A stretch of DNA of 64,000 bases from an uncultured Pseudomonadota bacterium. GTDB lineage: Bacteria; Myxococcota_A; UBA796; UBA9615. Shown piece after piece: positions 1 to 9,842 of this stretch (its first letter is position 1; the number at the start of each line of letters is the position of its first letter). The notes beneath the pieces are model-generated. The model was given only the letters and a program-made list of their open reading frames with translations, made no database searches and was not told where the DNA came from. The stretch spans positions 8,972-72,971 of the forward strand of contig CALAGR010000207.1 of assembly GCA_937891735.1 (NCBI GenBank), read 5' to 3'. A program made the position numbers and the translations under genes.

Positions 1-450
1 GCGGCGGCGGCGGTGGCCATGAGCCAGTCGCTGGACGCGGCCGGAGACGCCCTTGCGCGCGTGGCGCCGGCCTTCAAGGGCATGAAGGTGCGCTGGGCGG
101 TGCACTACGGCGAGGTGATCGCGGGCAACCTCGGCAGCCACAGCCGCATGGAGTACACGGTGATCGGCGACGCGGTGAACACCTGCGCGCGGCTCGAGGA
201 GATCACCCCCGCGGACTGCGCGTGGTTCACGGGCGAGGCGGTGCGCGCGGTCCCGGGGGGCCTCACGAGCGCGGTCTTCGAGCAGTCCACGGTCCTTCGC
301 GGTCGCACCACGCCCACCGAGGCCTGGTCCATCCCGCTCGACTCGGCGGCGACGGCGACGGGTACGTGGCAGGCCTCGGATCTGGCGGGATCGGCGACGG
401 CCGCGGTGCTCACGTCCATGGAGCTGCCGCCCATCGATGAAGAGGGGTAG
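1..450 (+). CDS. class III adenylate/guanylate cyclase, C-terminal fragment (5' end upstream of window)
   Basis: The frame is open from base 1. The motif [20 protein letters not shown] matches the class III nucleotidyl-cyclase catalytic core. Stop TAG at 448-450. Confidence 0.7.
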   Translation, partial: AAAAVAMSQSLDAAGDALARVAPAFKGMKVRWAVHYGEVIAGNLGSHSRMEYTVIGDAVNTCARLEEITPADCAWFTGEAVRAVPGGLTSAVFEQSTVLRGRTTPTEAWSIPLDSAATATGTWQASDLAGSATAAVLTSMELPPIDEEG

Positions 451-1533
451 TCAGCCCGCGCGGACGGCCGCGGTGCTCGCCCCGGGGCGGTGCAGCCCGC
501 CGGCCCTGGAGCGCCGCCACTCGGTGCCGACCGTGTCCCGCAACAGCACGGCCTCGTCCCCCTCGACATCGATGGCGCCGATGTCCAGGGCATCGCAGTC
601 CAGCCACTGAAGCAGCATCGCGTCCCGCCCGTCGAGGTCGGGCAGGTATCCGCCGAAGAAGAGCCCGGCCTCCTCCAGCAGGGGCAGGTACGCGGCGACC
701 TCGGGCTGGTCCAGGGGCAGCAGCACCGTGATGTGCTCCATGTGCCCGCCGGCCATCCAGTTCACCTTGTCCATCACGGCGGACACGAAGTCGGTCCGGG
801 CCCTGCGCACGTGCAGGATCCCCCGGCGTCGCGACGGCTCGAACCAGGACCGCACGACGCTCTCGCCGTCCGGGAGCGGCACCTCGCCGAGCTGGATGGA
901 CACGAGATCGCGCTGCTGGCTGCTGCTCGCGAGCAGCTTCTCCACGCAGCCCGCCCACTTCTGCGGCACGAACGCCCGCTGCCGGTGCTCGGTCGTCGCC
1001 CCGTGCATCATCAGCGTCGTCATCGGCTGCGGCTTGCGCTCGCTGTCGTGCACCACCCAGCCGGGCACGCCGCCGAGGAACATCGCCCCCGCGCTCGCTC
1101 CCACGCGACGGGAGCTCTTCTGCGACATCAGGTGGCGGGTCAGGCACTTGGTGAAGATCGTGCGGAGGGAGGGGTTGACCGACTTCTCGTGGGCGATGCA
1201 GGCCATCGCGAGGATCCCCTGCACCCCCTGGCCCCGCCGCTCCGGATCGACGATGGCGAGCCCCATCTCGACGCTGGTGGTGGGCTGGAGCTGCTCTTCG
1301 GTGGTCGCCATCTCGAACCACGGTCGGATCGAGCCCAGGTGGCCTATCACGTTGCCCGTGTCCGAGTCGACGGCGAGCATCGAGCGGATCAGGCCCCGGG
1401 CGTTCAGGTCGAGGAGCAGCTTCGGCTCGTACATGAAGCTGCGGTGGTAGGTCAGTCCGTAGCCGGTGTAGACGAGGTCCTGCAGTCGCAGGGCGTCTTC
1501 GCGGTTTCGCAGAGGTCGTGTTTCGATTCCCAC
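451..1533 (-). CDS. GNAT-family N-acetyltransferase-like protein
   Basis: Minus-strand ORF 451-1701 has a motif-A-like segment LAIVDPERRGQGVQG. The longest ORF would overlap the stop of the upstream LysM gene (1593), so I chose the GTG at 1533 as start; this is uncertain. Confidence 0.55.
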   Translation of the reverse strand: MGIETRPLRNREDALRLQDLVYTGYGLTYHRSFMYEPKLLLDLNARGLIRSMLAVDSDTGNVIGHLGSIRPWFEMATTEEQLQPTTSVEMGLAIVDPERRGQGVQGILAMACIAHEKSVNPSLRTIFTKCLTRHLMSQKSSRRVGASAGAMFLGGVPGWVVHDSERKPQPMTTLMMHGATTEHRQRAFVPQKWAGCVEKLLASSSQQRDLVSIQLGEVPLPDGESVVRSWFEPSRRRGILHVRRARTDFVSAVMDKVNWMAGGHMEHITVLLPLDQPEVAAYLPLLEEAGLFFGGYLPDLDGRDAMLLQWLDCDALDIGAIDVEGDEAVLLRDTVGTEWRRSRAGGLHRPGASTAAVRAG

Positions 1534-1592
1534 CTGCGCTACGTCATCGGATGGGGTGGACGGGACTTGAGTCCGCGGACGACCTTGCCGCC

Positions 1593-3992
1593 CTAACGCT
1601 TGATCGTCAGGCTCTGCCCGGGTCGCAGGGTGTTGCCGTTGAGGCGATTCCACCGCTGCAGGTCCGCCACGGACACCCCGTGCTGCTGCGCGATGCTCCA
1701 CAGGGACTCGCCGCTCGCGACCCTGTGGGTCGTCGGTGCAGCCGCCACGGCGGTCGCCCTGGCGTGAATGCTGAGCTTCTGGCCCACGCGGATGGAGGTG
1801 TCCTTCAGGTCGTTCCAGCCCTGCACGTCCGCCACCCGCACGCCGTACTTCTCGGCGATCGTGCCCAGCACCTCGCCGCTGCTGACGACGTGGGTGACCG
1901 CGCGGGTGGCCGGCGCCGCGGCGCTCGCCGCCTCGTACACGGCGAGCTTCTGGCCGACGCGAATGCTGGTGCCCTTGAGGCCGTTGAGGCCCTGCAGCTC
2001 GCTCACCGTCATCCCGTGCCGCTGGGCGATGGTCCCCAGGACGTCGCCGCTCTGCACCGCATAGGTGCTCTTCGCCCGGGTCGTGCTGGCGCTGCTGGCC
2101 GCGGTGACGCCGCCGGGCAGCTCCAGCCGCTGGCCCACCTTGATGGTGTCGCCCGACAGGCCGTTGGCCTTACGCAGGGCAGCCCAGCTCGTGCCGAACT
2201 TCGCCGCGATGCCGGACACCGTGTCCCCGCGCTGCACCGTGTAGGAGGTGGGCCGGGGGGCGGTGCTGGTCGGTCGGGCCGCGGTCGCGGGCTTGGAGTC
2301 GGCCACCGCGGCAGGCTTGCCGACCGTCTGGACCTTGATGCGCTGGCCGATGGACAGCACGTCGCTGCGCAGGCCGTTCTGCTCCTTCAGCGTCGCCACG
2401 CTGGTGCCGTAGCCCTGCGCGATCTTGCCCAGGGTGTCGCCCCGGGCCACCACGTGGATCATCTCGCGGGAGGTGAGGTTGTCCGTGCGCACCGGGATCG
2501 TGAGCACCTGGCCGACGCGCAGGCTCCGCGGATCCGAGATGGAGTTCAGCTTGCTCAGGGCCACCAGGGGCACCCCGTAGCGCTCGCTGATCGCGCCCAG
2601 GGTCTGCCCCCGGGTCACGGTGTGGCGCACGAAGGTGATCCGCTCCTCCTTGGGCAGGGCCTCGAACTTCTCTGCGAACGTGGCTCCCTCACCGCGGGGG
2701 ATGTTGAGCTCGTAGTTCTCGACCCCGGGCGGCGTGAAGCCGCGCTTCAGGTGGGGGTTCATCGCCTGGAGCTCTTCGATGTCACGCCCCGTGATCGTGG
2801 CGACGGCGCCGAGATCGGTGGCCTCGGGGACCTGCACCACGTCGTAGTCCCACAGCGCGAGGCGGTCTTCGTCCTTCTTCTCGGCGTTGAGCCCGTAGCG
2901 GTCGGCGTACTTGCTGAGGATGGCCGCGGCCATGATCTTCGGGACGTAGTGCTTGGTCTCGGGCTTGAGGTAGGTGCGGTGGGCGGCGGACAGCTCCCAG
3001 AAGTCGTCCGTGCCGTACATCTTGATCGCCTTGCCGATCTTGCCCTCGCCGGCGTTGTAGGCGGACGTGGCGAGCTCCCACTTGCCAAACAGTCGGTACA
3101 GGTAGCTCAGGTACCGGATGGCGGCGACGGTGGCCTTGACCGGATCGCGGCGCTCGTCCACCCACCAGTCCACGGTCAGGTCGTAGTACTTGCCCGTTCG
3201 CGGCATGAACTGCCACACCCCCACCGCCGCCGCCCGGGACGTGGCGTAGGGGTTGAAGCCCGACTCGATCATCGACTGGTACACCAGATCCTGCGGGAGC
3301 CCGGCCTCGGCGAGCGCAGTCCGCAGCAGGGGGTCGTAGCGCTCCGAGCGGGCCAGCCAGCGCACGAAGTGCCCCCGGCCTCGCGTCAGGAAGTAGACCA
3401 TCCAGTTCTGGGTGCGCTCGTTGAGCACGATCGGGATGTCGAAGTCCGCCGGATCCACCCGATCCAGGTAGAGCGCGGGCCGGTCGCTGAGGACCTTGAG
3501 CGGATCCTTGTAGTACGCCGTGGAGGGATGGAGGTGGTGGTCGGAGCTGCCGAACCAGTGCTCCGCGAGCCGCCGTTCGTCGCTCAGTTCGGCGGACGCG
3601 CGACGGATCGCCTCGTCCTGGTGCGCCTCCAGACCGGCGAGGATCTCGCGCAGCAGCAGGTCCAGCTCCCCCTCCGTCAGGGGCACGGGCATGTCCACCA
3701 GGGGCGCGTCCTGATCGTGGAAGAAGCAGGTCGCGGCGTCGTCGCAGTCCAGCAGCAGGCGGTCGAGGATGTCCCCCCGGGGGTCCGACACGCCGATGTC
3801 GGCCCGCTTGCGCCGCTTCTTGGGGCGCTTCTTCCCACGGCTCGCGATCAACGCGCCTTCCGGCACCGGATCGGCGGTGCCGACCTGGGCTTCTTCGGGC
3901 TGCTCCGCGGCCGCCGCCGTGCCCGCCGGCAGGGCCACGGCGGTTGCGAGAACGAGCGTCCGGAGGGTCTTGATCCAGGATGGCGAGGACAT
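1593..3992 (-). CDS. membrane-bound lytic murein transglycosylase (MltD-like) with six LysM domains
   Basis: ATG at 3992 gives the signal peptide MSSPSWIKTLRTLVLATAVALPAGTAAAA. SLT motif ESGFNPYATSRAAAVGVWQFMP is present. I count six C-terminal LysM repeats by hand. The 1193-aa ORF in the track is upstream read-through. Confidence 0.9.
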   Translation of the reverse strand: MSSPSWIKTLRTLVLATAVALPAGTAAAAEQPEEAQVGTADPVPEGALIASRGKKRPKKRRKRADIGVSDPRGDILDRLLLDCDDAATCFFHDQDAPLVDMPVPLTEGELDLLLREILAGLEAHQDEAIRRASAELSDERRLAEHWFGSSDHHLHPSTAYYKDPLKVLSDRPALYLDRVDPADFDIPIVLNERTQNWMVYFLTRGRGHFVRWLARSERYDPLLRTALAEAGLPQDLVYQSMIESGFNPYATSRAAAVGVWQFMPRTGKYYDLTVDWWVDERRDPVKATVAAIRYLSYLYRLFGKWELATSAYNAGEGKIGKAIKMYGTDDFWELSAAHRTYLKPETKHYVPKIMAAAILSKYADRYGLNAEKKDEDRLALWDYDVVQVPEATDLGAVATITGRDIEELQAMNPHLKRGFTPPGVENYELNIPRGEGATFAEKFEALPKEERITFVRHTVTRGQTLGAISERYGVPLVALSKLNSISDPRSLRVGQVLTIPVRTDNLTSREMIHVVARGDTLGKIAQGYGTSVATLKEQNGLRSDVLSIGQRIKVQTVGKPAAVADSKPATAARPTSTAPRPTSYTVQRGDTVSGIAAKFGTSWAALRKANGLSGDTIKVGQRLELPGGVTAASSASTTRAKSTYAVQSGDVLGTIAQRHGMTVSELQGLNGLKGTSIRVGQKLAVYEAASAAAPATRAVTHVVSSGEVLGTIAEKYGVRVADVQGWNDLKDTSIRVGQKLSIHARATAVAAAPTTHRVASGESLWSIAQQHGVSVADLQRWNRLNGNTLRPGQSLTIKR

Positions 3993-4103
3993 ACGCGCCA
4001 ATATTGTCACACTTTCCCCAGAGCGGCGTCCACGAAAACGCCACGTTCCCGCTGTGTTAAGGATCCTGGGTCCCCGTAAGGCTCCCCACAAGGCTTCGGA
4101 TCC

Positions 4104-5210
4104 ATGCATTCGGAATCGCTCGAACAGTCGGTGCTGGACCACCTTCCCGACGGGCTCGTGCTCGTTCGGGAGGATCGGGTCGCGTACTCGAACCACCGCG
4201 CTTCGGAGATCCTGGGGATCTCCCAGCGCCGACTCGCGGGCTCGCAGATCGCGGACCTGCTCCCCGATGCGGTCGAGGTCGTGGCGCGGGTGGTCGGAGG
4301 GGCGATGACTTGCACGGCGCGTGATCTCTCCTGGTCTCGTCCCGGCGGAGCCCGCCGTCTCACACTGGTCGGCAGCCCCGGGCCCGCGCCCGGTGAGGTG
4401 CTGCTCGTCGTCCGCGTCGCCGGGCTGCCGAGCGACCCGGGCGCGCGCGACGCCTTCCGCCAGCGACTCGAGTGGCTCGACGGGCTCGCCGCGGGCATGG
4501 CCCACGAGATCCGCAACCCGCTGGGGGGGATCCGTGGCGCAGCACAGCTCCTGCGCCGGAACCCCGACCCTGACGAGGTAGACGAGCTGACCGGCCTGAT
4601 CATTCGAGAGACGGATCGAATCGACTCGATCGTCGAACAGTTGATGCTCTTCACGCGTCCCCGTCCTCTTCGGCGGCAAGGCGTGCAGCTGAACCGACTC
4701 GTGCACGACGAGGTCGCCTTGCTCGTGGCCCAGCAGCGCGCTCCGGACTCGGACAGCGGCCCAGCCGTCGATTTCTCGCTCGATCTCGATCCGTCGCTGC
4801 CCGAGGTGGAGGGGGACGCCCAGCGTCTGCGCGAGGCCGTGGGCAACCTGCTGCGGAACGCGTGGCAGGCCGCGCGCACCCGGGTCACGGCGCGCACGCG
4901 GGTGGAGCCCGAGGCCCGCCTGCGGGAGCAGGGCCGGGATCGTGGTCTGGCCCTCCGACTGAGCGTGGGCGACGACGGCGACGGGATCGATCCCGCCCGG
5001 CTGCCGGGGCTGTTCGCGCCCTTCGCGACGACCCGCAACGAGGGCAGCGGCCTGGGGCTGTTCGTGACCCGCCTGGCCATCGACGAGCACGCCGGCGTGC
5101 TGACGGCGGACCCGGGACCCGGCACCGGCGCGACCTTCGACGTGCTGCTCTGGGAGAAGCTCCCGGCGGAGCACCCGACCTACCCCGCTTCGCTCGACGC
5201 GGTGCTCTAG
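4104..5210 (+). CDS. PAS sensor histidine kinase (NtrB/AtoS-like)
   Basis: H-box GMAHEIRNPLGGI and a C-terminal HATPase region (GSGLGLFV) are present. It sits directly upstream of a sigma-54 response regulator. Confidence 0.85.
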   Translation: MHSESLEQSVLDHLPDGLVLVREDRVAYSNHRASEILGISQRRLAGSQIADLLPDAVEVVARVVGGAMTCTARDLSWSRPGGARRLTLVGSPGPAPGEVLLVVRVAGLPSDPGARDAFRQRLEWLDGLAAGMAHEIRNPLGGIRGAAQLLRRNPDPDEVDELTGLIIRETDRIDSIVEQLMLFTRPRPLRRQGVQLNRLVHDEVALLVAQQRAPDSDSGPAVDFSLDLDPSLPEVEGDAQRLREAVGNLLRNAWQAARTRVTARTRVEPEARLREQGRDRGLALRLSVGDDGDGIDPARLPGLFAPFATTRNEGSGLGLFVTRLAIDEHAGVLTADPGPGTGATFDVLLWEKLPAEHPTYPASLDAVL

Positions 5211-5224
5211 ATGGAGGTGGACCG

Positions 5225-6691
5225 TTGACCGTTCGTGTCCTGATCGCTGAAGACGACCGCAGCCTGCGCACCGTGATGGGCAAGGCGCTGGCGAGTCAGG
5301 GGCTGCACGTCTCGGAGACGGGCGACGGCCGCGATGCGCTCGAGCGCCTGCGGGGCGGCGGGTTCGACGTGGCCGTGGTGGACATCAAGATGCCCTCCCT
5401 GTCCGGCCTCGACCTGCTCGAGCAGCTGCAGCGGTTCGTCGATCCGCCCCACGTCATCGTGATCACCGCCCAGAACACCATGGGCAACGCGATCGAGGCG
5501 ATGAAGCGCGGCGCCTACGAGTACCTGACCAAGCCCTTCGACATCGACCTGTTCGAGCAGCTGGTGCTCCGCGCGGCCTCGGATCGGGTCGGACCCGAGG
5601 AGCCCCGCAGCACGCTGGACGACGGCCCGGTGGCGCAGCCGGACACGCGCACGCTGTTCGGGGAGAGCCCCGCGATGCAGGTCGTCTTCAAGGCGATCGG
5701 GCGCGCGTCCCGGAGCCCCCACGCGGTGCTGCTCCAGGGGGAGAGCGGCACCGGAAAGGAGCTGGTCGCCCGGATCCTGCACCAGGAGAGCCTGCGGGCG
5801 GCGGGTCCGTTCGTCGCCGTCAACGCCGCCGCCATCCCCGGCGAGCTGCTCGAAGCGACCCTCTTCGGACACTCCAAGGGCGCCTTCACGGGGGCCACGG
5901 AGTCCAAGCCCGGCAAGTTCCAGGCGGCCTCCGGGGGCACGTTGTTCCTCGACGAGGTCGGCGAGATGTCCCTGGGCCTGCAGGCGAAGCTGCTGCGGGT
6001 CCTGCAGGAGAAGGAGTTCTATCCGCTCGGGGCGAGCAAGGAGGTCAAGGTCGACGTCCGGATCATCGCCGCCACCAACCGCGAGCTCCTCGAGGAGGTG
6101 CGCGCGGGCCGGTTCCGCAGCGACCTGTACTACCGGCTGGACGTGCTGCGCATCGATCTGCCGCCCCTGCGCGAGCGGCTCGAAGACATCCCCCGCCTCA
6201 GCGAGTGGCTGCTCGGCCGGCACGCCAACCAGGGCACGATCGCGGCCTGCACGCTGTCCAGGGACGCGGTCGAGTGGCTCACCGAGTACACCTGGCCCGG
6301 CAACGTGCGGGAGCTCGAGAACATGCTGGTGCGCGCTGCGACGTTCGTGACCGGACCGGTGATCCGCAGGCGCGACCTGCTGGGACCGACGGGCACGGAC
6401 CGCCGCGCCAACGGCGCCCAGGAGGAGAGCATCGAGGAGATGCTGCGGCGCCGGCTGCAGCCCGTGGTGCGCAACTTCAGCCCGCCGACCCGGGGCGGGA
6501 AGTCCGATCTGTACAGCCTGGTGATCGGCATGAGCGAGCGCGCGCTGATCGACCTCGTGCTCGAACGCACCTGCGGCAACCAGGTGCAGGCAGCGTTGCT
6601 GCTCGGCATCAACCGCAACACCCTCAAGCGCAAGCTGGACGACCAGGATCTCGACCCCGCGTCCCTGCGCCGACGGAGTCGCGAGCGGTGA
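5225..6691 (+). CDS. sigma-54-dependent response regulator (NtrC family)
   Basis: It has a receiver domain (VLIAEDD...DIKMP), an AAA+ domain (GESGTGKE, FGHSKGAFTGA) and a C-terminal Fis-type HTH (LLGINRNTLKRKL). The TTG start at 5225 lies 7 nt after GGAGG. The ORF-track start at 4862 overlaps the kinase gene and was rejected. Confidence 0.9.
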   Translation: MTVRVLIAEDDRSLRTVMGKALASQGLHVSETGDGRDALERLRGGGFDVAVVDIKMPSLSGLDLLEQLQRFVDPPHVIVITAQNTMGNAIEAMKRGAYEYLTKPFDIDLFEQLVLRAASDRVGPEEPRSTLDDGPVAQPDTRTLFGESPAMQVVFKAIGRASRSPHAVLLQGESGTGKELVARILHQESLRAAGPFVAVNAAAIPGELLEATLFGHSKGAFTGATESKPGKFQAASGGTLFLDEVGEMSLGLQAKLLRVLQEKEFYPLGASKEVKVDVRIIAATNRELLEEVRAGRFRSDLYYRLDVLRIDLPPLRERLEDIPRLSEWLLGRHANQGTIAACTLSRDAVEWLTEYTWPGNVRELENMLVRAATFVTGPVIRRRDLLGPTGTDRRANGAQEESIEEMLRRRLQPVVRNFSPPTRGGKSDLYSLVIGMSERALIDLVLERTCGNQVQAALLLGINRNTLKRKLDDQDLDPASLRRRSRER

Positions 6692-7365
6692 GGTCGGCCA
6701 TCACGGGGCTGTACGGGATCGTCGATGTCTCGGGGAGCCCGCAGCTGGACGAGCTGACCCTGGCCCGCGCGTGGCTCGGGGCGGGCGTCACGGTGCTCCA
6801 GCTGCGCATGAAGGGCGCCGCACCGACGGCGGTGGGGGCCCTGCTCGATGAGCTCGTGCCGCTGTGCGCGGCCGCGGGCTGCCTGCTGATCGTCAACGAC
6901 CACGTCGGGCTCGCCGCGTCCCGCCCGGGGGTCGGTGTGCACCTGGGTCAGGACGACGCGGATCCGGTCGCGGCGCGCGCCCTGCTCGGGGCGGACCGGG
7001 TGATCGGGTGGTCCACCCACACGTTGGACCAGGTGGCGCAGGCCACGGCCCGGGCCGTGGACTACATCGGCTTCGGGCCGGTGTTCTCGGCCGGCGGCAA
7101 GCACCTCGCGGGGAGCGACCGCAGGGCGCCGATGGCTGCCCGTGGACTGGGAGCCTTGTCCGCGGCCGTGGCCGCCGCTACGGTGCCAATCGTCGCGATC
7201 GGCGGCATCGACGCCTCGCGGCTGCCCTTCGTGCTCGCGACGGGGGTGTCCGCGGTGGCGATGATCTCCGCGGTCGCGCAGGCACCGGACCCACGCCGGG
7301 CCGCAGCGGAGTTGTCTGCGGCGTGCCGAGAGTCGCACTCTGAGAGGAAGCCATGCGCCCCCTGA
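6688..7365 (+). CDS. thiE: thiamine-phosphate synthase
   Basis: Motifs GLYGIVD, VLQLRMK, IGFGPVF and AIGGI are present. The GTG start overlaps the regulator stop (GTGA at 6688-6691). Confidence 0.85.
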   Translation: MRSAITGLYGIVDVSGSPQLDELTLARAWLGAGVTVLQLRMKGAAPTAVGALLDELVPLCAAAGCLLIVNDHVGLAASRPGVGVHLGQDDADPVAARALLGADRVIGWSTHTLDQVAQATARAVDYIGFGPVFSAGGKHLAGSDRRAPMAARGLGALSAAVAAATVPIVAIGGIDASRLPFVLATGVSAVAMISAVAQAPDPRRAAAELSAACRESHSERKPCAP

Positions 7366-8255
7366 TCCGCTCCTACCTGACCGTGCCCCTGCTGCTCGCC
7401 GCCTCCGGGTTGGCCGTGATGGCGTGTCAGCCGACTCCCGATGACGGCTTCAGCCGCGGCGGGGGCGACGACGGCCACGGCGATCCGGGCCACGACGACG
7501 ACGACGACGGCCACGGCGGCGACGAGGACCGCTGGGCCTACTGGGATCTCGTGCGCACCACGGGCTTCGGCTCCGGCGTTGTTGGGATCACGGCTACGGC
7601 TTCGTTCTTCGAGCAGGGCGAGGTGCGGGCCTGGCCCCAGCCCGGCGGCCTGGACGACTGCCTCGTCGGATCGGCGGACGCCGATCCCCACCGCGCCCCC
7701 GAGTCCATCACCTCCCGGGGCAACCCGGTGATGCTGCTCGACGGCGAGGAGTGGGAGCTGGACATCCCGCCCGGCAGCGACGTCTACACGCGCGCGCTGC
7801 CCGAGCGGACCTGGGTGCCCTTCGACGAGGTGACCCTGGCGGTGCCCGGCGCCAAGGAGCCCGCCATGAGCTGGGACGGCGCCCTGTCCATCCCCGAGAC
7901 GCTGGAGGGCGTGTCCGCCTCCCTGAGCGCGGACGGGCTGGAGCTCGAATGGGAGGCCGGCGCGGCCGAGAACCAGCTGCGCCTGATCATCAGCTCGACC
8001 ACGTCGGGTCGATTCGAGTACATCGTCTGCCTGCCGAACGACGACGGCGCCTTCACGGTGCCAGTGGACGACGTGCTCGACGGCTTCGAGGGCTGGGACG
8101 TCGCCGTGCAGCTCCGGCGCGAGACCCTGCGGGACGACTTCTGGCTCGACAACATCCGGCGGGGCACCGTCATCGGGATCTCCGCCCTGCGCGCCGAGTT
8201 CTCGATCGTGTCCGGGTTCTGGACCGACGGCGACGACGACGACTCGTCTCGCTGA
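7353..8255 (+). CDS. hypothetical lipoprotein with a His/Asp-rich N-terminal tract
   Basis: Lipobox-type signal MRPLIRSYLTVPLLLAASGLAVMAC, followed by GGGDDGHGDPGHDDDDDGHGGDED. GC3 is high. It overlaps the thiE end by 13 nt. Confidence 0.65.
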   Translation: MRPLIRSYLTVPLLLAASGLAVMACQPTPDDGFSRGGGDDGHGDPGHDDDDDGHGGDEDRWAYWDLVRTTGFGSGVVGITATASFFEQGEVRAWPQPGGLDDCLVGSADADPHRAPESITSRGNPVMLLDGEEWELDIPPGSDVYTRALPERTWVPFDEVTLAVPGAKEPAMSWDGALSIPETLEGVSASLSADGLELEWEAGAAENQLRLIISSTTSGRFEYIVCLPNDDGAFTVPVDDVLDGFEGWDVAVQLRRETLRDDFWLDNIRRGTVIGISALRAEFSIVSGFWTDGDDDDSSR

Positions 8256-8273
8256 CCGGCTGCGCCGCATCCC

Positions 8274-9698
8274 GTGACCGCGCTCCTCGCCCGCCCGGGT
8301 GCCCTGTGGCTCGACACCGGCAGCCCCGTGGGCAGCGACGGCACGTGGAGCTACGTCGCGGCCGAGCCCGCCGTGTGGGTCCGTGGTCGGGGGACCTGCC
8401 TGGAGCTCCTGCCGGGGCCCCTGGGGGACCGTGGGTGGCTCGCCCGGATCCACTCGACCGATCCCGGGGGCGAGGGCGGCGAGGCCTTTGACCGGCTGGC
8501 CGCGATCAGCCGCGCGCTGTGGCCGGGCCCGGCAGGGCCGACCGTCGTCACCGAGCGCCCCGTGGCCCGCTTCCACGGGGGCTTCGCGGGCTTCTTCTCC
8601 TACGACCTGGGGCGGCGGTTCGAAGACGTGCCGGCGAGCATCGCGCCGCGGCCCACGGACGTGCCCTGGGACTTCGTGGTGGGTCTGTACGACGAGGTGC
8701 TCGCTGTGCACCCGCGGACCGGCGAGCGCCGCGTGCATCGGCTGCCGGGCTCGCTGGGGCGCCTGACCCGGACCGAGACCCTGTTGCCGGACCTGCCCCG
8801 GGTGGACGGGACCTCGCGGCCCGAGCCGGAGCTCACCCAGGCCGAGCACGCCCAGGCCGTCGGGATCATCCGGGAGCAGATCTCCGCCGGCAGCATCTAC
8901 CAGGCGAACCTGACCCTGAGGTTCCGCGCCGCGTGCACGCATCCGGCTGCCCCCCTGACGACCTTCGCGCGGCTCCAACGCGAGCACCCCGCGCCCTACG
9001 CGGCCTACTGCGCCCTGCCTGGGCTGTCCCTGGTGTCCACCTCGCCCGAGTGCTTCCTGGCGCTGGGTCCCGACGGGCGGGTGCTGTCGCGCCCCATCAA
9101 GGGCACCCGGCCGCGGGGCTACCCCCACGGCGGGACCGCCGACGTGGCCCACCGGCTGGAGCTGACGGAGTCGGAGAAGGACCAGGCCGAGCTGACCATG
9201 ATCGTGGACCTGGTGCGCAACGACATCGGACGCGTGGCGGCGCTGGGCTCGGTCAGCCGCGCGCCGGAGATCACGTGCGAGGGCCATCCGACGGTGTGGC
9301 ACCTCGTGTCCGAGGTGGCGGCGCGTCTGGCCCCTGGCAAGGACGCGTTCGATCTGCTGCGGGCGTGCTTTCCGCCTGGAAGCTGCATCGGCGCTCCGAA
9401 GATCCGCGCGATGGCGGTGATCGAGGGGCTCGAGCGAAGCCGCCGCGGCCCCTACACCGGCGCCATCGGATGGCTCGGTGCGGACGGCAGCCTCGGGATG
9501 TCCGTGGCGATCCGCACGCTCGTGTTTCGCGAGGGCGAAGTCACCTACGGAGTGGGGGGCGGGATCGTCTACGACAGCGACCCGGCGGCGGAGTGGGAGG
9601 AGGCCCTGTTGAAGGGTCGCGCGCTCGCCAGGGCCCTGTCTCCAGCCGACTCGTTGATCGACATGCCCTTGACATTGGACATCCGGACGGGAAACTGA
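8274..9698 (+). CDS. pabB: aminodeoxychorismate synthase component I (chorismate-binding enzyme)
   Basis: Chorismate-binding motifs PKIRAMAVIEGLERSRRGPYTGAIGW and SVAIRT are present. At ~474 aa it fits PabB better than TrpE. Confidence 0.8.
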   Translation: MTALLARPGALWLDTGSPVGSDGTWSYVAAEPAVWVRGRGTCLELLPGPLGDRGWLARIHSTDPGGEGGEAFDRLAAISRALWPGPAGPTVVTERPVARFHGGFAGFFSYDLGRRFEDVPASIAPRPTDVPWDFVVGLYDEVLAVHPRTGERRVHRLPGSLGRLTRTETLLPDLPRVDGTSRPEPELTQAEHAQAVGIIREQISAGSIYQANLTLRFRAACTHPAAPLTTFARLQREHPAPYAAYCALPGLSLVSTSPECFLALGPDGRVLSRPIKGTRPRGYPHGGTADVAHRLELTESEKDQAELTMIVDLVRNDIGRVAALGSVSRAPEITCEGHPTVWHLVSEVAARLAPGKDAFDLLRACFPPGSCIGAPKIRAMAVIEGLERSRRGPYTGAIGWLGADGSLGMSVAIRTLVFREGEVTYGVGGGIVYDSDPAAEWEEALLKGRALARALSPADSLIDMPLTLDIRTGN

Positions 9699-9739
9699 GC
9701 ACTCGGCAGCAGGCCCTCACAGCGCCTGGTGGACGAACC

Positions 9740-9763
9740 GACCGGATCCCGGTCTTTCTGTTT
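9740..9763 (+). terminator. intrinsic terminator-like hairpin with T-tract after pabB
   Basis: The sequence GACCGGATCCCGGTC (5-6 bp stem) is followed directly by TTTCTGTTT, about 40 nt past the pabB stop. Confidence 0.45.
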
Positions 9764-9842
9764 CCCGTTCCTGGGGACAGCGGTTCAACAGTCAGCGAGC
9801 CCTCCGTGCAGGCTCGTCCGAACTCATCTGGGAGGTTCCAAC

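Noticed and set aside
1518-4079. An 853-aa plus-strand ORF lies opposite the LysM transglycosylase gene. Analogous long ORFs occur at 7062-9302, 9849-11675, 12101-14221, 14109-15755, 15722-17032, 16783-18486, 16822-19167, 42277-44880, 42774-45143, 53526-56969, 54581-56746, 59968-62055 and 61836-63158.
   Set aside because: They have no recognisable motifs and extreme Arg/Gly/Ala/Pro/His composition. Each overlaps a gene with clear family signatures on the other strand or in another frame.
4862-5224. An N-terminal extension of the NtrC-like ORF is listed in the track (start at 4862).
   Set aside because: It overlaps the 3' third of the histidine kinase gene in another frame and is Arg/Gly-rich. 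A TTG with a good GGAGG RBS sits exactly at the start of the receiver domain (5225).
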